NCBI GenBank assembly: GCA_016219825.1
Contig: JACRKJ010000043.1
Coordinates: forward strand, 1 to 26,591
DNA length: 26,591 nt
DNA from: Candidatus Woesearchaeota archaeon
GTDB taxonomy: Archaea > Nanobdellota > Nanobdellia > SCGC-AAA011-G17 > GW2011-AR18
Direction: 5' to 3'
The translations under genes and the position numbers were made by a program. Positions 16,401 to 24,124 of the stretch are shown piece after piece (position 1 is the stretch's first letter; each line of letters begins with the position of its first letter). Under the pieces are notes generated by a model that searched no databases, had not been told where the DNA came from, and saw nothing but the letters and a program-made list of their open reading frames with translations.

Positions 16401-17355
16401 AAAAGGAGAGACTGAACAATTCAACTGGATCTTTGTTCTCGTAGCTGGAGCGATTTTCTTTTCGTTCTTTGTTTTTTTCACGTTTCGCTTCGCGCATGCG
16501 CAAGAGCAAAAACATAATTTAGCCCTCGCAAAAATATTATATGACGGAGCTTTAGGCGTCGCGGGCACAAAAAATAATTTAGACACCACCCTACAATTTC
16601 CCCAACCTGTAGAACTTATTTTCACCTGCCTTGGAACGAGGGCCGCATTCTCCATCAACCATGAAGACCCAGCAGAAGAACTTGAACCTTCCCTGCTTGT
16701 ATTTATGCCTGGCCATTTTTCCGGAACAAAAATCCAGACTTGGACGAGCTCCTGGAACCAGCCTTTTTTCATCAACAATATTGTTTACTTCTCCTCGCTG
16801 GAAAAAGAATATTACCTTATTTATGACCAAGCACACGCCTCTTTTGTTGATGAACTTTCCTTTCCTTCCCAGCTTCGTGTTCACAAACAAGCGCGCAGTA
16901 TTTTCATTCCCAATAGCTCACAATTAACTGTCGCTTTTTTTACGAATGAACCACCAACATCCCAAGAATTACAGAGCCTTCCTTCAGCAACCATCTTATT
17001 TGTCCAGCCTGAACAGCAAACTTTTTCTTATTATTCCTCAGCTGGAAAGCTATCCAACACAATATATTATTATGACTCTTCTTTTTTAACAGGAGCGCTT
17101 GTTTCTGACGTCTCTTCTTTTTCCTGCTCCTTGCAACGAGCACAACAGCGATTTGAAAAAATCTCCTCTTTGTACGCAGTCAAGGCAGGATTGCTAGACC
17201 AACACAGAATGAAAACAGACTGCTCTTATTCCACTATCCAGCAAACACTTCAACACGCGCCACAACTTCTTCCTATTCAAAAAGAAGCGTTGACTACAAG
17301 CTTGCTCGCACAAAACGCACAACTTATCGGCAACGGATGCAGGGGAGTTTTTTAA
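16387..17355 (+). CDS. Class III signal peptide (prepilin-like) protein, larger subunit
   Basis: 322 aa from ATG 16387 (GGAGA at 16374-16378); MFAHKKG/ETEQFNWIFVLVAGAIFFSFFVFF. Confidence 0.78.
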   Translation: MFAHKKGETEQFNWIFVLVAGAIFFSFFVFFTFRFAHAQEQKHNLALAKILYDGALGVAGTKNNLDTTLQFPQPVELIFTCLGTRAAFSINHEDPAEELEPSLLVFMPGHFSGTKIQTWTSSWNQPFFINNIVYFSSLEKEYYLIYDQAHASFVDELSFPSQLRVHKQARSIFIPNSSQLTVAFFTNEPPTSQELQSLPSATILFVQPEQQTFSYYSSAGKLSNTIYYYDSSFLTGALVSDVSSFSCSLQRAQQRFEKISSLYAVKAGLLDQHRMKTDCSYSTIQQTLQHAPQLLPIQKEALTTSLLAQNAQLIGNGCRGVF

Positions 17356-17356
17356 G

Positions 17357-17827
17357 ATGAAAGGACAACTCGCCCTTCAAGAAACAATCTTAGTTGTTTT
17401 CATTTTAACGGTCTTACTTATTTTAGGATTATTTTTCTTCTCTAATTACCAATTGCAGCAGATCAAGCAAGAACGACAACTCGCGTCTTCTGAACGATTT
17501 CATCAGATGATCTCTACTTTTCCAACGCTCGCAGAAGTCAGCTGCTCTCTTCAAGGCAATAGAGAACCATGCTTAGACACTTTAAAACTTACCGCGTTCC
17601 AGCAGACGATCAAAACAAATCCAGCTTATTATCAAAGCATTTTCGAATCGAAGAATATCACTGTTTCCACTTATTATCCCTCAACCACCCAGAGCTGGCA
17701 GATTTACAACCAAAAAAGCCCTTCATCTACAGGCAAAGACAGGATCATTACGCCGATTAGTCTGTACTCTCCTTTAGAAGGCAAATACTCTTTAGGCATT
17801 CTTGTCTTGGAGGATTACGTTGCATGA
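17357..17827 (+). CDS. Class III signal peptide (prepilin-like) protein
   Basis: MKG/QLALQETILVVFILTVLLILGLFFF; 156 aa; GGGGAG upstream and a 1-nt gap to the previous stop. Confidence 0.8.
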   Translation: MKGQLALQETILVVFILTVLLILGLFFFSNYQLQQIKQERQLASSERFHQMISTFPTLAEVSCSLQGNREPCLDTLKLTAFQQTIKTNPAYYQSIFESKNITVSTYYPSTTQSWQIYNQKSPSSTGKDRIITPISLYSPLEGKYSLGILVLEDYVA

Positions 17828-18291
17828 AAGGGCAAACTGAACTTGTCGGGCTTGTCCTTATTGTATTACTTCTGGCCGCAGCTGGCTTATTCTATCTGAA
17901 GTTTGTTGTGCTTCAACCAGACCAGCGTCCTTCTTCATTGGAAGCTGTTTCCCAATCCACGAATTTATTATATGGGATTATCCATGTCCCTTTATGCGCT
18001 AATTTCACTGCCCTTGATTTTTTAGACGCCTGCTCTTCACAACGCACCTTATGCGATGAACCACAGCCCTGCTCGGTTTTAGAACAACAGCTTCCCCTCA
18101 TCTTTGACCCAGTGTTTCATCGTTATATTGGGATGAATTATACCTTTTCCGCACAAACAGCTGATGAAAAAAATCCTTTTTTCAAATTGGGAATGAAATG
18201 CAAGCATGGAAGCACACAAGCGCGCATCTCTCCCAGAACATCCAACCAAATCTATTCCCTTAGCTTTGATTTATGCGCGAAACCAGTCTAG
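17824..18291 (+). CDS. Class III signal peptide (prepilin-like) protein
   Basis: MKG/QTELVGLVLIVLLLAAAGLFYL; 155 aa with several Cys; ATGA overlap and GGAGGA SD. Confidence 0.8.
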   Translation: MKGQTELVGLVLIVLLLAAAGLFYLKFVVLQPDQRPSSLEAVSQSTNLLYGIIHVPLCANFTALDFLDACSSQRTLCDEPQPCSVLEQQLPLIFDPVFHRYIGMNYTFSAQTADEKNPFFKLGMKCKHGSTQARISPRTSNQIYSLSFDLCAKPV

Positions 18292-18414
18292 TTTTTACAT
18301 AATTTCACTAAAAAGTGATAACGTAAATTTCTTTTCCCTTCATCCTGTTGTTGTTTATACCTGGTAAAAGCCGTGAATTTGGCCAAACTAACAATATGTA
18401 TGTTCTCGAGTATA

Positions 18415-18468
18415 GGAATCTTTATAAATGCAACAACGTCAACACCCAGTACACAACACTTGGAGGTG
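18415..18468 (+). promoter_or_regulatory. S-layer gene promoter and strong Shine-Dalgarno site
   Basis: TTTATAAA at 18421-18428 and GGAGGTG at 18462-18468, 6 nt before ATG 18475. Confidence 0.7.
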
Positions 18469-18474
18469 TTACTT

Positions 18475-20895
18475 ATGCAAGAACGTTTAGCGTTACGACA
18501 AACATTAAAGAAAGTTGCTGCTTTGGGTACCAGCGTAGCAATGTTAGGAATGACTATTACTGGGGCTGTTGCTCAAGAACAAGCTGCCGCTTCTAGCGCG
18601 AGTTTAAGCTCATTTCCAAAAGCTTTTACAACTAACACTGTCGTTGTTGTGGGTTCACATGCTGATCCTGCTGATAATTTAGCTGCAAGCGCAGTTGAAT
18701 TCGCTTTAGGCGCCGCATCCGCATCTGCAAGTTCCAGCTCTTCATCAACGAGCTCTACCACTTCTTCGACTACACCTTCTACTGGCGCAGTCCAACTAGA
18801 AGATGGATATAGCAAAGAAATTGTTCTTGGAACAGCTTTAACTGATTCCACAAACGCATTTGGCGCGACAGTCCGGGAAACACGTATCCCGACTTTTAAG
18901 AAAGGAACTGTCACTATCTCTATTGGAGGAACAACAAATTCCTACAATTGGCATGAAGAAGTTGGCTTTCGAGCAGACTCTAATGCGACTGTTACTTCAT
19001 CTTTAGCTTTAGCAAACCAAAATCAAGCTAATGAACAGTATAAGGACAATGTGCTTTTACGACTTCCATCAAGTTCGATTCGTTACGCATATGTCTTTGA
19101 CACTGCCTTGAAGACAAACAACTATATTTCGAACGCGACACAGACTGACCCTATTACATTGGATTTCTTAGGTAAAACCTTAGTTATTCAAAACTGTAAC
19201 AGCTCTCCTTGTACTGGAGCAACAACTGCCGCAAGTTCGATTACTGCCTTATCTGGAGACAAATTCCCAGGTTTGCATAAAGGGGATACCATTATGTACC
19301 AAGGAAAGAAAATCTCTGTTGATTCACTTGCCTCCTCTGGAGCTGCAATCAACGTTGATGGCAATACTATCGTTGTCAGCAATAACAACCAGCGAACAGA
19401 CCAAAAATCTGGCTTGCAAATCCGCGCAGAAGATCTTCTTGCGACAGGAACAAGCGGAGAAGGTTTAAGCACTGTTTCCTTGATTATTGGAAAAGATAAC
19501 GCGATTAAGACGTATAATGATGGAGATTACTTTATCGGGCAAGATAAATACACTCCTTTATGGACTTGGTCTCTTGCAGGCATTAATGGTGGAAATCCAA
19601 GCTTAAATGTGACATTGGGACAAACATTGACCTCGTACTCTATTACAGGCATTCCCAACTATCCATTGACGCATCCACCTTATCTTGGTGATGTGCTTTG
19701 TTGGCCAAACAACTATATCTGTGTTCAGGTTTCAAAGGTAAGTCAAACAGATGATCTCTTTGGAGAATATGTCTTGCGACCTACTCAAAGAGACTTGTAC
19801 GCAACTGATGACTCTGTTGTCAACTTTACCTCTGCAAATGTGCTTGAACTTACAGCACTTGGACAGAAGGATACAGGTATCAACGCAGGTGGAGATACAC
19901 AATCTGTTTATTTCTACCCTAATGCAACCTATGGTCTCTTGCTCTATAAGAAGAAACAAGATTCCAGCCACGCTATTCTTGTAGCAGCTGCTACAAACAC
20001 TCTGCACGCAGGTGATGGTGCTACAGCTGGATGGGGCGGTGCTATGGACGCAGTCGCTTTCGCAAATGCGAACGGGACGACAATGCTTCCAGGCAACTTC
20101 TCCGCGAGCGTCTTTACCTTGAACTACAAGAGCAGTAGCATTCCAGTAGATATTGCATGGAACTCAAGCGTTTCGCTTGCCAACATTACCCTTACTGGTG
20201 GAAGCGGCGCAGGAGCATTAAAGATCAATCCCTCAGGAACTGCGAATGATATTGTTGTTGTTTTGCAAGCAGCGAGTACTGGATTGACTTATTTGGGTCA
20301 ATCCCAATCTGATACTGTCAGAGGCGGCGATTTGGCTTACAATGGGACGACAGCTGTTGATATTTCCGGCTTCCGTGAAGATGGAAGAACTGTCAACGGC
20401 ATTATTGTTCGTTCGTACTATAAATCTGCGCCTTCTGATACGTTGCAGTTTGCATTGCCTCCAGACATTTCCAACTACAAAGCGACTGTGAAGTTAGCCC
20501 GCGCAGTTGGAGCTGGTGTTGTTGGTACTGTTGTTCCAGGCAGCACAAGCACTAGTGGCGTCAGTGAGAAGCTTGATACTGATGTTGTCAACAGCTTATC
20601 GCAATGGAATGTCATCAGTGTTGGCGGACCTGCTATCAACTCTGTAAGCGCAAAGCTGAAAGGACTGCCTTTCCCAAGTTACGGGGACGCAAGCGGTATC
20701 AAACCAAATGAAGGCGTCGTTGAGCTTATGCCAAACGGCAGCAACTGGGCACTCTTAGTGGCTGGCTATGAGAAAGACAATACACAAGCTGCTGGTGAAG
20801 TCCTTAAGAATTATGCGGACTACAACACACAACTTTCTGGCAAGACCTCAGTCGTTGTGAAAGGCTTGAAAGCAACTGGCATTACCGTTGCTTAA
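18475..20895 (+). CDS. S-layer protein (MJ0822-like S_layer_N / S_layer_C architecture)
   Basis: 806 aa from ATG 18475. Signal LKKVAALGTSVAMLGMTITGAVA, N-terminal VVVVGSHADPADNLAASAV, C-terminal NVISVGGPAINSVS...LLVAGYEKDNTQAAGEVL, and about 12 sequons. Confidence 0.88.
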   Translation: MQERLALRQTLKKVAALGTSVAMLGMTITGAVAQEQAAASSASLSSFPKAFTTNTVVVVGSHADPADNLAASAVEFALGAASASASSSSSSTSSTTSSTTPSTGAVQLEDGYSKEIVLGTALTDSTNAFGATVRETRIPTFKKGTVTISIGGTTNSYNWHEEVGFRADSNATVTSSLALANQNQANEQYKDNVLLRLPSSSIRYAYVFDTALKTNNYISNATQTDPITLDFLGKTLVIQNCNSSPCTGATTAASSITALSGDKFPGLHKGDTIMYQGKKISVDSLASSGAAINVDGNTIVVSNNNQRTDQKSGLQIRAEDLLATGTSGEGLSTVSLIIGKDNAIKTYNDGDYFIGQDKYTPLWTWSLAGINGGNPSLNVTLGQTLTSYSITGIPNYPLTHPPYLGDVLCWPNNYICVQVSKVSQTDDLFGEYVLRPTQRDLYATDDSVVNFTSANVLELTALGQKDTGINAGGDTQSVYFYPNATYGLLLYKKKQDSSHAILVAAATNTLHAGDGATAGWGGAMDAVAFANANGTTMLPGNFSASVFTLNYKSSSIPVDIAWNSSVSLANITLTGGSGAGALKINPSGTANDIVVVLQAASTGLTYLGQSQSDTVRGGDLAYNGTTAVDISGFREDGRTVNGIIVRSYYKSAPSDTLQFALPPDISNYKATVKLARAVGAGVVGTVVPGSTSTSGVSEKLDTDVVNSLSQWNVISVGGPAINSVSAKLKGLPFPSYGDASGIKPNEGVVELMPNGSNWALLVAGYEKDNTQAAGEVLKNYADYNTQLSGKTSVVVKGLKATGITVA

Positions 20896-20896
20896 A

Positions 20897-20923
20897 TTTT
20901 TTCTTTCTCTTTTTTCTTTTTTT
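20897..20923 (+). terminator. Oligo-T tract after the S-layer stop codon
   Basis: TTTTTTCTTTCTCTTTTTTCTTTTTTT immediately after TAA 20893-20895; archaeal intrinsic terminators are T-rich. Confidence 0.6.
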
Positions 20924-20969
20924 ATCATAATCTTTTTATATCCCTTCTTTCTTTGACTCTTATTCCCTT

Positions 20970-21581
20970 ATGAAAAAGCAACGCTACAGAAAGTCTGATG
21001 GAATATCATCAGAAATAAATGCTCGTGATCCTTCTTTGTTTAAACGACGATTCACTTTAGGAATCCTCGCTTTTGGCATTATCTTTCTCATGGTTGGATC
21101 TGTGTTAACCTACTGGGCAAGTTCAGCAGCAGATCAATCTGTGTATAATGGCTATTCATTTTTTCAGTCTGGACAAGGATGGACGACACAAATAGACGGC
21201 CAGACATTGACCTTTCCTGTTCTGCCTAAAGATGTCGCTTCATTTCCCAGCGTTCAGTTTGACCTTGACCCTTATCCTAAGTTATATCTTCTTTTTAATC
21301 CAGACAACTTTACTGAACAAAGCAGAGAGGTCGCGCAACTTCGAAGCGCGCTTTTGAGCACTGGAAAAACTATTGTTCCAGCATGCACACAATCTTTCTC
21401 CTGCGGCGACTTACCTGTTCTCAACTGCACAACTGCTGACGCGCCCAGCCTTCTTTTAGAGCAAAGCGATGTTACAGGATTATTCGCTTCTGACCGGTGC
21501 TTGGTTCTCCACTACGCGCCTGGGCAGTATGATTCCTTACTTGTTCATTTCTTGTATAAATATTACCATATCCTCCCATGA
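20970..21581 (+). CDS. Membrane-anchored extracellular protein of unknown function
   Basis: 203 aa with a basic N-terminus, TM helix FTLGILAFGIIFLMVGSVLTYW, YNGYSF, ACTQSFSCGDLPVLNC and DRCLVL. Confidence 0.8.
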   Translation: MKKQRYRKSDGISSEINARDPSLFKRRFTLGILAFGIIFLMVGSVLTYWASSAADQSVYNGYSFFQSGQGWTTQIDGQTLTFPVLPKDVASFPSVQFDLDPYPKLYLLFNPDNFTEQSREVAQLRSALLSTGKTIVPACTQSFSCGDLPVLNCTTADAPSLLLEQSDVTGLFASDRCLVLHYAPGQYDSLLVHFLYKYYHILP

Positions 21582-22201
21582 AACTGCTCTTTGTTTTTTT
21601 CTGCATTCTTCTTTTCATAAGCGCATGCTCTCCTCCAGACCCAACCCATTTTGTGTATCATGGAAAAAACGGCGATTATCCTGTTGATGTTGTGACACGA
21701 GGAAATTCCACTGATTATTACATTACTGTTTTATTTCAAAATGAAACTGGAAATGTTTCCTATCAAATCCCCCTTTCATTTAGCCCAGTGAGTGTTGTGA
21801 ATGTTTCTGTTGAAGGAAATATTGAGTCCGCGTTGAACAGACCCCAGGAAACTAACCTTGTTTATATCACCCAGGATCCGCAGACCGCTGTCCTTACAGA
21901 CCAAAAATCTGTGCTTGCTGTGTATGACATTGGGAAAATTTTAGGGACTGGAAGCGCTGGACTGTATAAAATTCCGACACTTCCCGCATTCACTTCCGCC
22001 ACTGAACGTTCTCAAATCAATAGCATCCCCGTTATTGCCTGCAGCAACGTTTCTTCAACTGCCGGCGTTATTTTATTGCAGTTAGGAAATACTACCCGTA
22101 TTCTTGTACAGAATGACTGCATCATTGTTGAAGGAACAAATGGGACAGAACTATTCCGCGCAGCAGACAAACTCGCTTACTCTCTTCTTGGCGTTTTTTA
22201 G
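21578..22201 (+). CDS. Lipobox-like extracellular protein, distant paralog of the preceding gene
   Basis: 207 aa; MKLLFVFFCILLFISAC, IPVIAC, NDCIIVEG, AADKLAYSLLGVF; ATGA overlap with the previous gene. Confidence 0.8.
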   Translation: MKLLFVFFCILLFISACSPPDPTHFVYHGKNGDYPVDVVTRGNSTDYYITVLFQNETGNVSYQIPLSFSPVSVVNVSVEGNIESALNRPQETNLVYITQDPQTAVLTDQKSVLAVYDIGKILGTGSAGLYKIPTLPAFTSATERSQINSIPVIACSNVSSTAGVILLQLGNTTRILVQNDCIIVEGTNGTELFRAADKLAYSLLGVF

Positions 22202-22257
22202 ATCTACGGAATATTTATATACTAGTAATTGCTAATATTTTTTAATTCAATAAACTG

Positions 22258-22938
22258 GTGAATTCATTGGCACAACAACCAAAACCCATTTCTTCTTTCG
22301 TTCTTTTCAGCTTGTTTTTTTTAGCAGGTTTGTATTTAGGATACAGCGTTTTTTCCTTTTTAAATTCCTGGCGATCTAATCCCTCCGCGCTTGGCGCAGC
22401 AACCAGCACTGTTGGGAACTTTACCGTGAGCCTTGTCAGCACGATCGCATGCACCTGGAGCGATGCAGCAATTAACATCACGTTTGGCACGCCAGGCTCT
22501 ACCATCACCCAAGGCAATACTCTCAACGCGTCCCGCAATTACAATTATTCCACTGATGGCGCTGGCAGCGCTTCCAATGGCAGCGATTACAATGTGACTG
22601 CCGCAGCCACCAATACAGTTAAGGTCAACATTACTCTCGCTGGACAGTCTCTTCTTGAAACAGCTGGCGGCAATGTCTTGAACATTACGAATATTTCCTG
22701 GGGATCTAATACCACCACCGCAAACAGCACTGGCGGTACTGCGCTTGATAACATGACCTATCCTGGCGTGCCCTTTAACTCAAGCTTCCAGGGTGATACA
22801 TCCCATCATGTTGCCACGCTTGAACCTGCAGGCAGCTCTGTCTGGTTTCGATTCTGGCTCGCTGTCAACAGCAACCAAGCTGCTGGTCTCTATCGCGGCA
22901 ATTACACGATGACCTGCTCAGACTCAGGATCAGCATAA
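22258..22938 (+). CDS. Sequon-rich two-Cys beta-sandwich surface protein (subunit A)
   Basis: N-terminal TM helix, exactly two Cys (IACTWS, TMTCSD) and 14 N-x-S/T sequons. Start uncertain: GTG 22258, or TTG 22267 preceded by GGTGA at 22257-22261. Confidence 0.8.
   Translation: MNSLAQQPKPISSFVLFSLFFLAGLYLGYSVFSFLNSWRSNPSALGAATSTVGNFTVSLVSTIACTWSDAAINITFGTPGSTITQGNTLNASRNYNYSTDGAGSASNGSDYNVTAAATNTVKVNITLAGQSLLETAGGNVLNITNISWGSNTTTANSTGGTALDNMTYPGVPFNSSFQGDTSHHVATLEPAGSSVWFRFWLAVNSNQAAGLYRGNYTMTCSDSGSA
22410..22429 (+). repeat. 20-nt exact direct repeat shared by subunits A and A' (second copy 23659-23678)
   Basis: TGTTGGGAACTTTACCGTGA at both sites, followed by TTGTCAGCAC at 22433-22442 and 23682-23691. 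Confidence 0.85.
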
Positions 22939-22939
22939 A

Positions 22940-23518
22940 ATGATCCCACGTTTTTCCCTCTTTTGCGTCTTACTTCTCCTTTTGAGTATTCCTTTCGCTG
23001 CCGCTGATATCGGCATTGGATTAAGCCCAGCTAAACGTGTTTTCCATAATATTGAAGGCGGACAAACTATTGAGGAAACTTATACTGTCTATAATACAGG
23101 GGATGGTCCAATCAACGCTAATCTCGGCGCAGATGGCGCAATCGCTTCATTTGTTACAGTTATCCCTAAAGCTGTTTATGTTGAGCCTGAACCTCAACCA
23201 CATTCATTGCCTATTAAAAATGGAAAACAGTTTACAGTGCGATATAAAGTTCCTACTGGCTGGGAAGCGAAGCTTTATACTGGACAGATCGTCGCATCTG
23301 GCGGCGCTGCTGGCGGGACGCTTGGCGGTAATGTCGCTGTCGCGATGGTCGTTGAACTTTATTCTATTCCTACGAAATATTTCTGGAATCGCATCAGCAA
23401 AGAACAATACCTGCTTACTGGGAGTATCTTCTTATTCTTGATGCTTCTCCTCCTTACTCTTGTTTATATGCGGCGCAAAGGGATTCAAATCCAACTTGTT
23501 AAATCAAGACGTCCCTAA
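22940..23518 (+). CDS. Secreted single Ig-like domain with C-terminal TM anchor (partner B)
   Basis: 192 aa; signal ending FAAA, then DIGIGLSPAK...YTVYNTGDGP...YKVPTGWEAKLYTGQIVA, TM helix LLTGSIFLFLMLLLLTLVYM and a basic tail; 1-nt gap from the previous stop. Confidence 0.8.
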   Translation: MIPRFSLFCVLLLLLSIPFAAADIGIGLSPAKRVFHNIEGGQTIEETYTVYNTGDGPINANLGADGAIASFVTVIPKAVYVEPEPQPHSLPIKNGKQFTVRYKVPTGWEAKLYTGQIVASGGAAGGTLGGNVAVAMVVELYSIPTKYFWNRISKEQYLLTGSIFLFLMLLLLTLVYMRRKGIQIQLVKSRRP

Positions 23519-23560
23519 TTTAGGGAAAACAATAAAAACTAGATCTACTCTTCTTAGTTT

Positions 23561-24124
23561 ATGCAGAAAGCGGTGATTTTCCTTTATCTGTCTCTTTTTC
23601 TCGTTCTTGGGTTTTTATTAGGACTTTTTTCCATTCATTATACTGGGCATCAAACTTTTGTTGGGAACTTTACCGTGAATGTTGTCAGCACTGTCTCCTG
23701 CACTGTCAGCACTGATGGAATGAACGTTTCATTTGGAAGCAATTTAGAAGATGGTGAGGTTTATAACGCTACAAAAAATTATAACTATCGAACTGTCGGC
23801 ACTTCTTATAATATTACCAATGATCAGACAAGCACTACCACAATGAATGTCAGCATTAAAGGAATTGATTTTATTTCTGATTCATTGGTTCTTAAGATAG
23901 GTAATCTCTCATGGGCGAGCAATGATACCTCCCCTAATGGGACTAATCTTCTCTTTCCAGGAATGGCGAATCTATCCACTAGTTATTCTTCCCTTAATCT
24001 CGCTTCTGATCTCAGCGCTGGAAGCACAGCATGGTATCGTTTTTGGATCCGTATCCCTGACAATCAACCTGGAGGTTCCTATCAAGGAAATTATACTCTT
24101 TTATGCCAAGCAAACAACCCTTAA
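23561..24124 (+). CDS. Sequon-rich two-Cys beta-sandwich surface protein (subunit A', paralog of 22258-22938)
   Basis: 187 aa with an N-terminal hydrophobic helix, two Cys (VSCTVS, TLLCQA) and 10 sequons; co-linear motif match to subunit A. Confidence 0.82.
   Translation: MQKAVIFLYLSLFLVLGFLLGLFSIHYTGHQTFVGNFTVNVVSTVSCTVSTDGMNVSFGSNLEDGEVYNATKNYNYRTVGTSYNITNDQTSTTTMNVSIKGIDFISDSLVLKIGNLSWASNDTSPNGTNLLFPGMANLSTSYSSLNLASDLSAGSTAWYRFWIRIPDNQPGGSYQGNYTLLCQANNP

Noticed and set aside
18373-18474. Upstream extension of the S-layer ORF, and likewise track starts 3419, 6528, 6803, 9697 and 16360
   Set aside because: The extensions cross promoter motifs or upstream genes, while the downstream ATGs have an SD, promoter spacing or a more plausible N-terminus.
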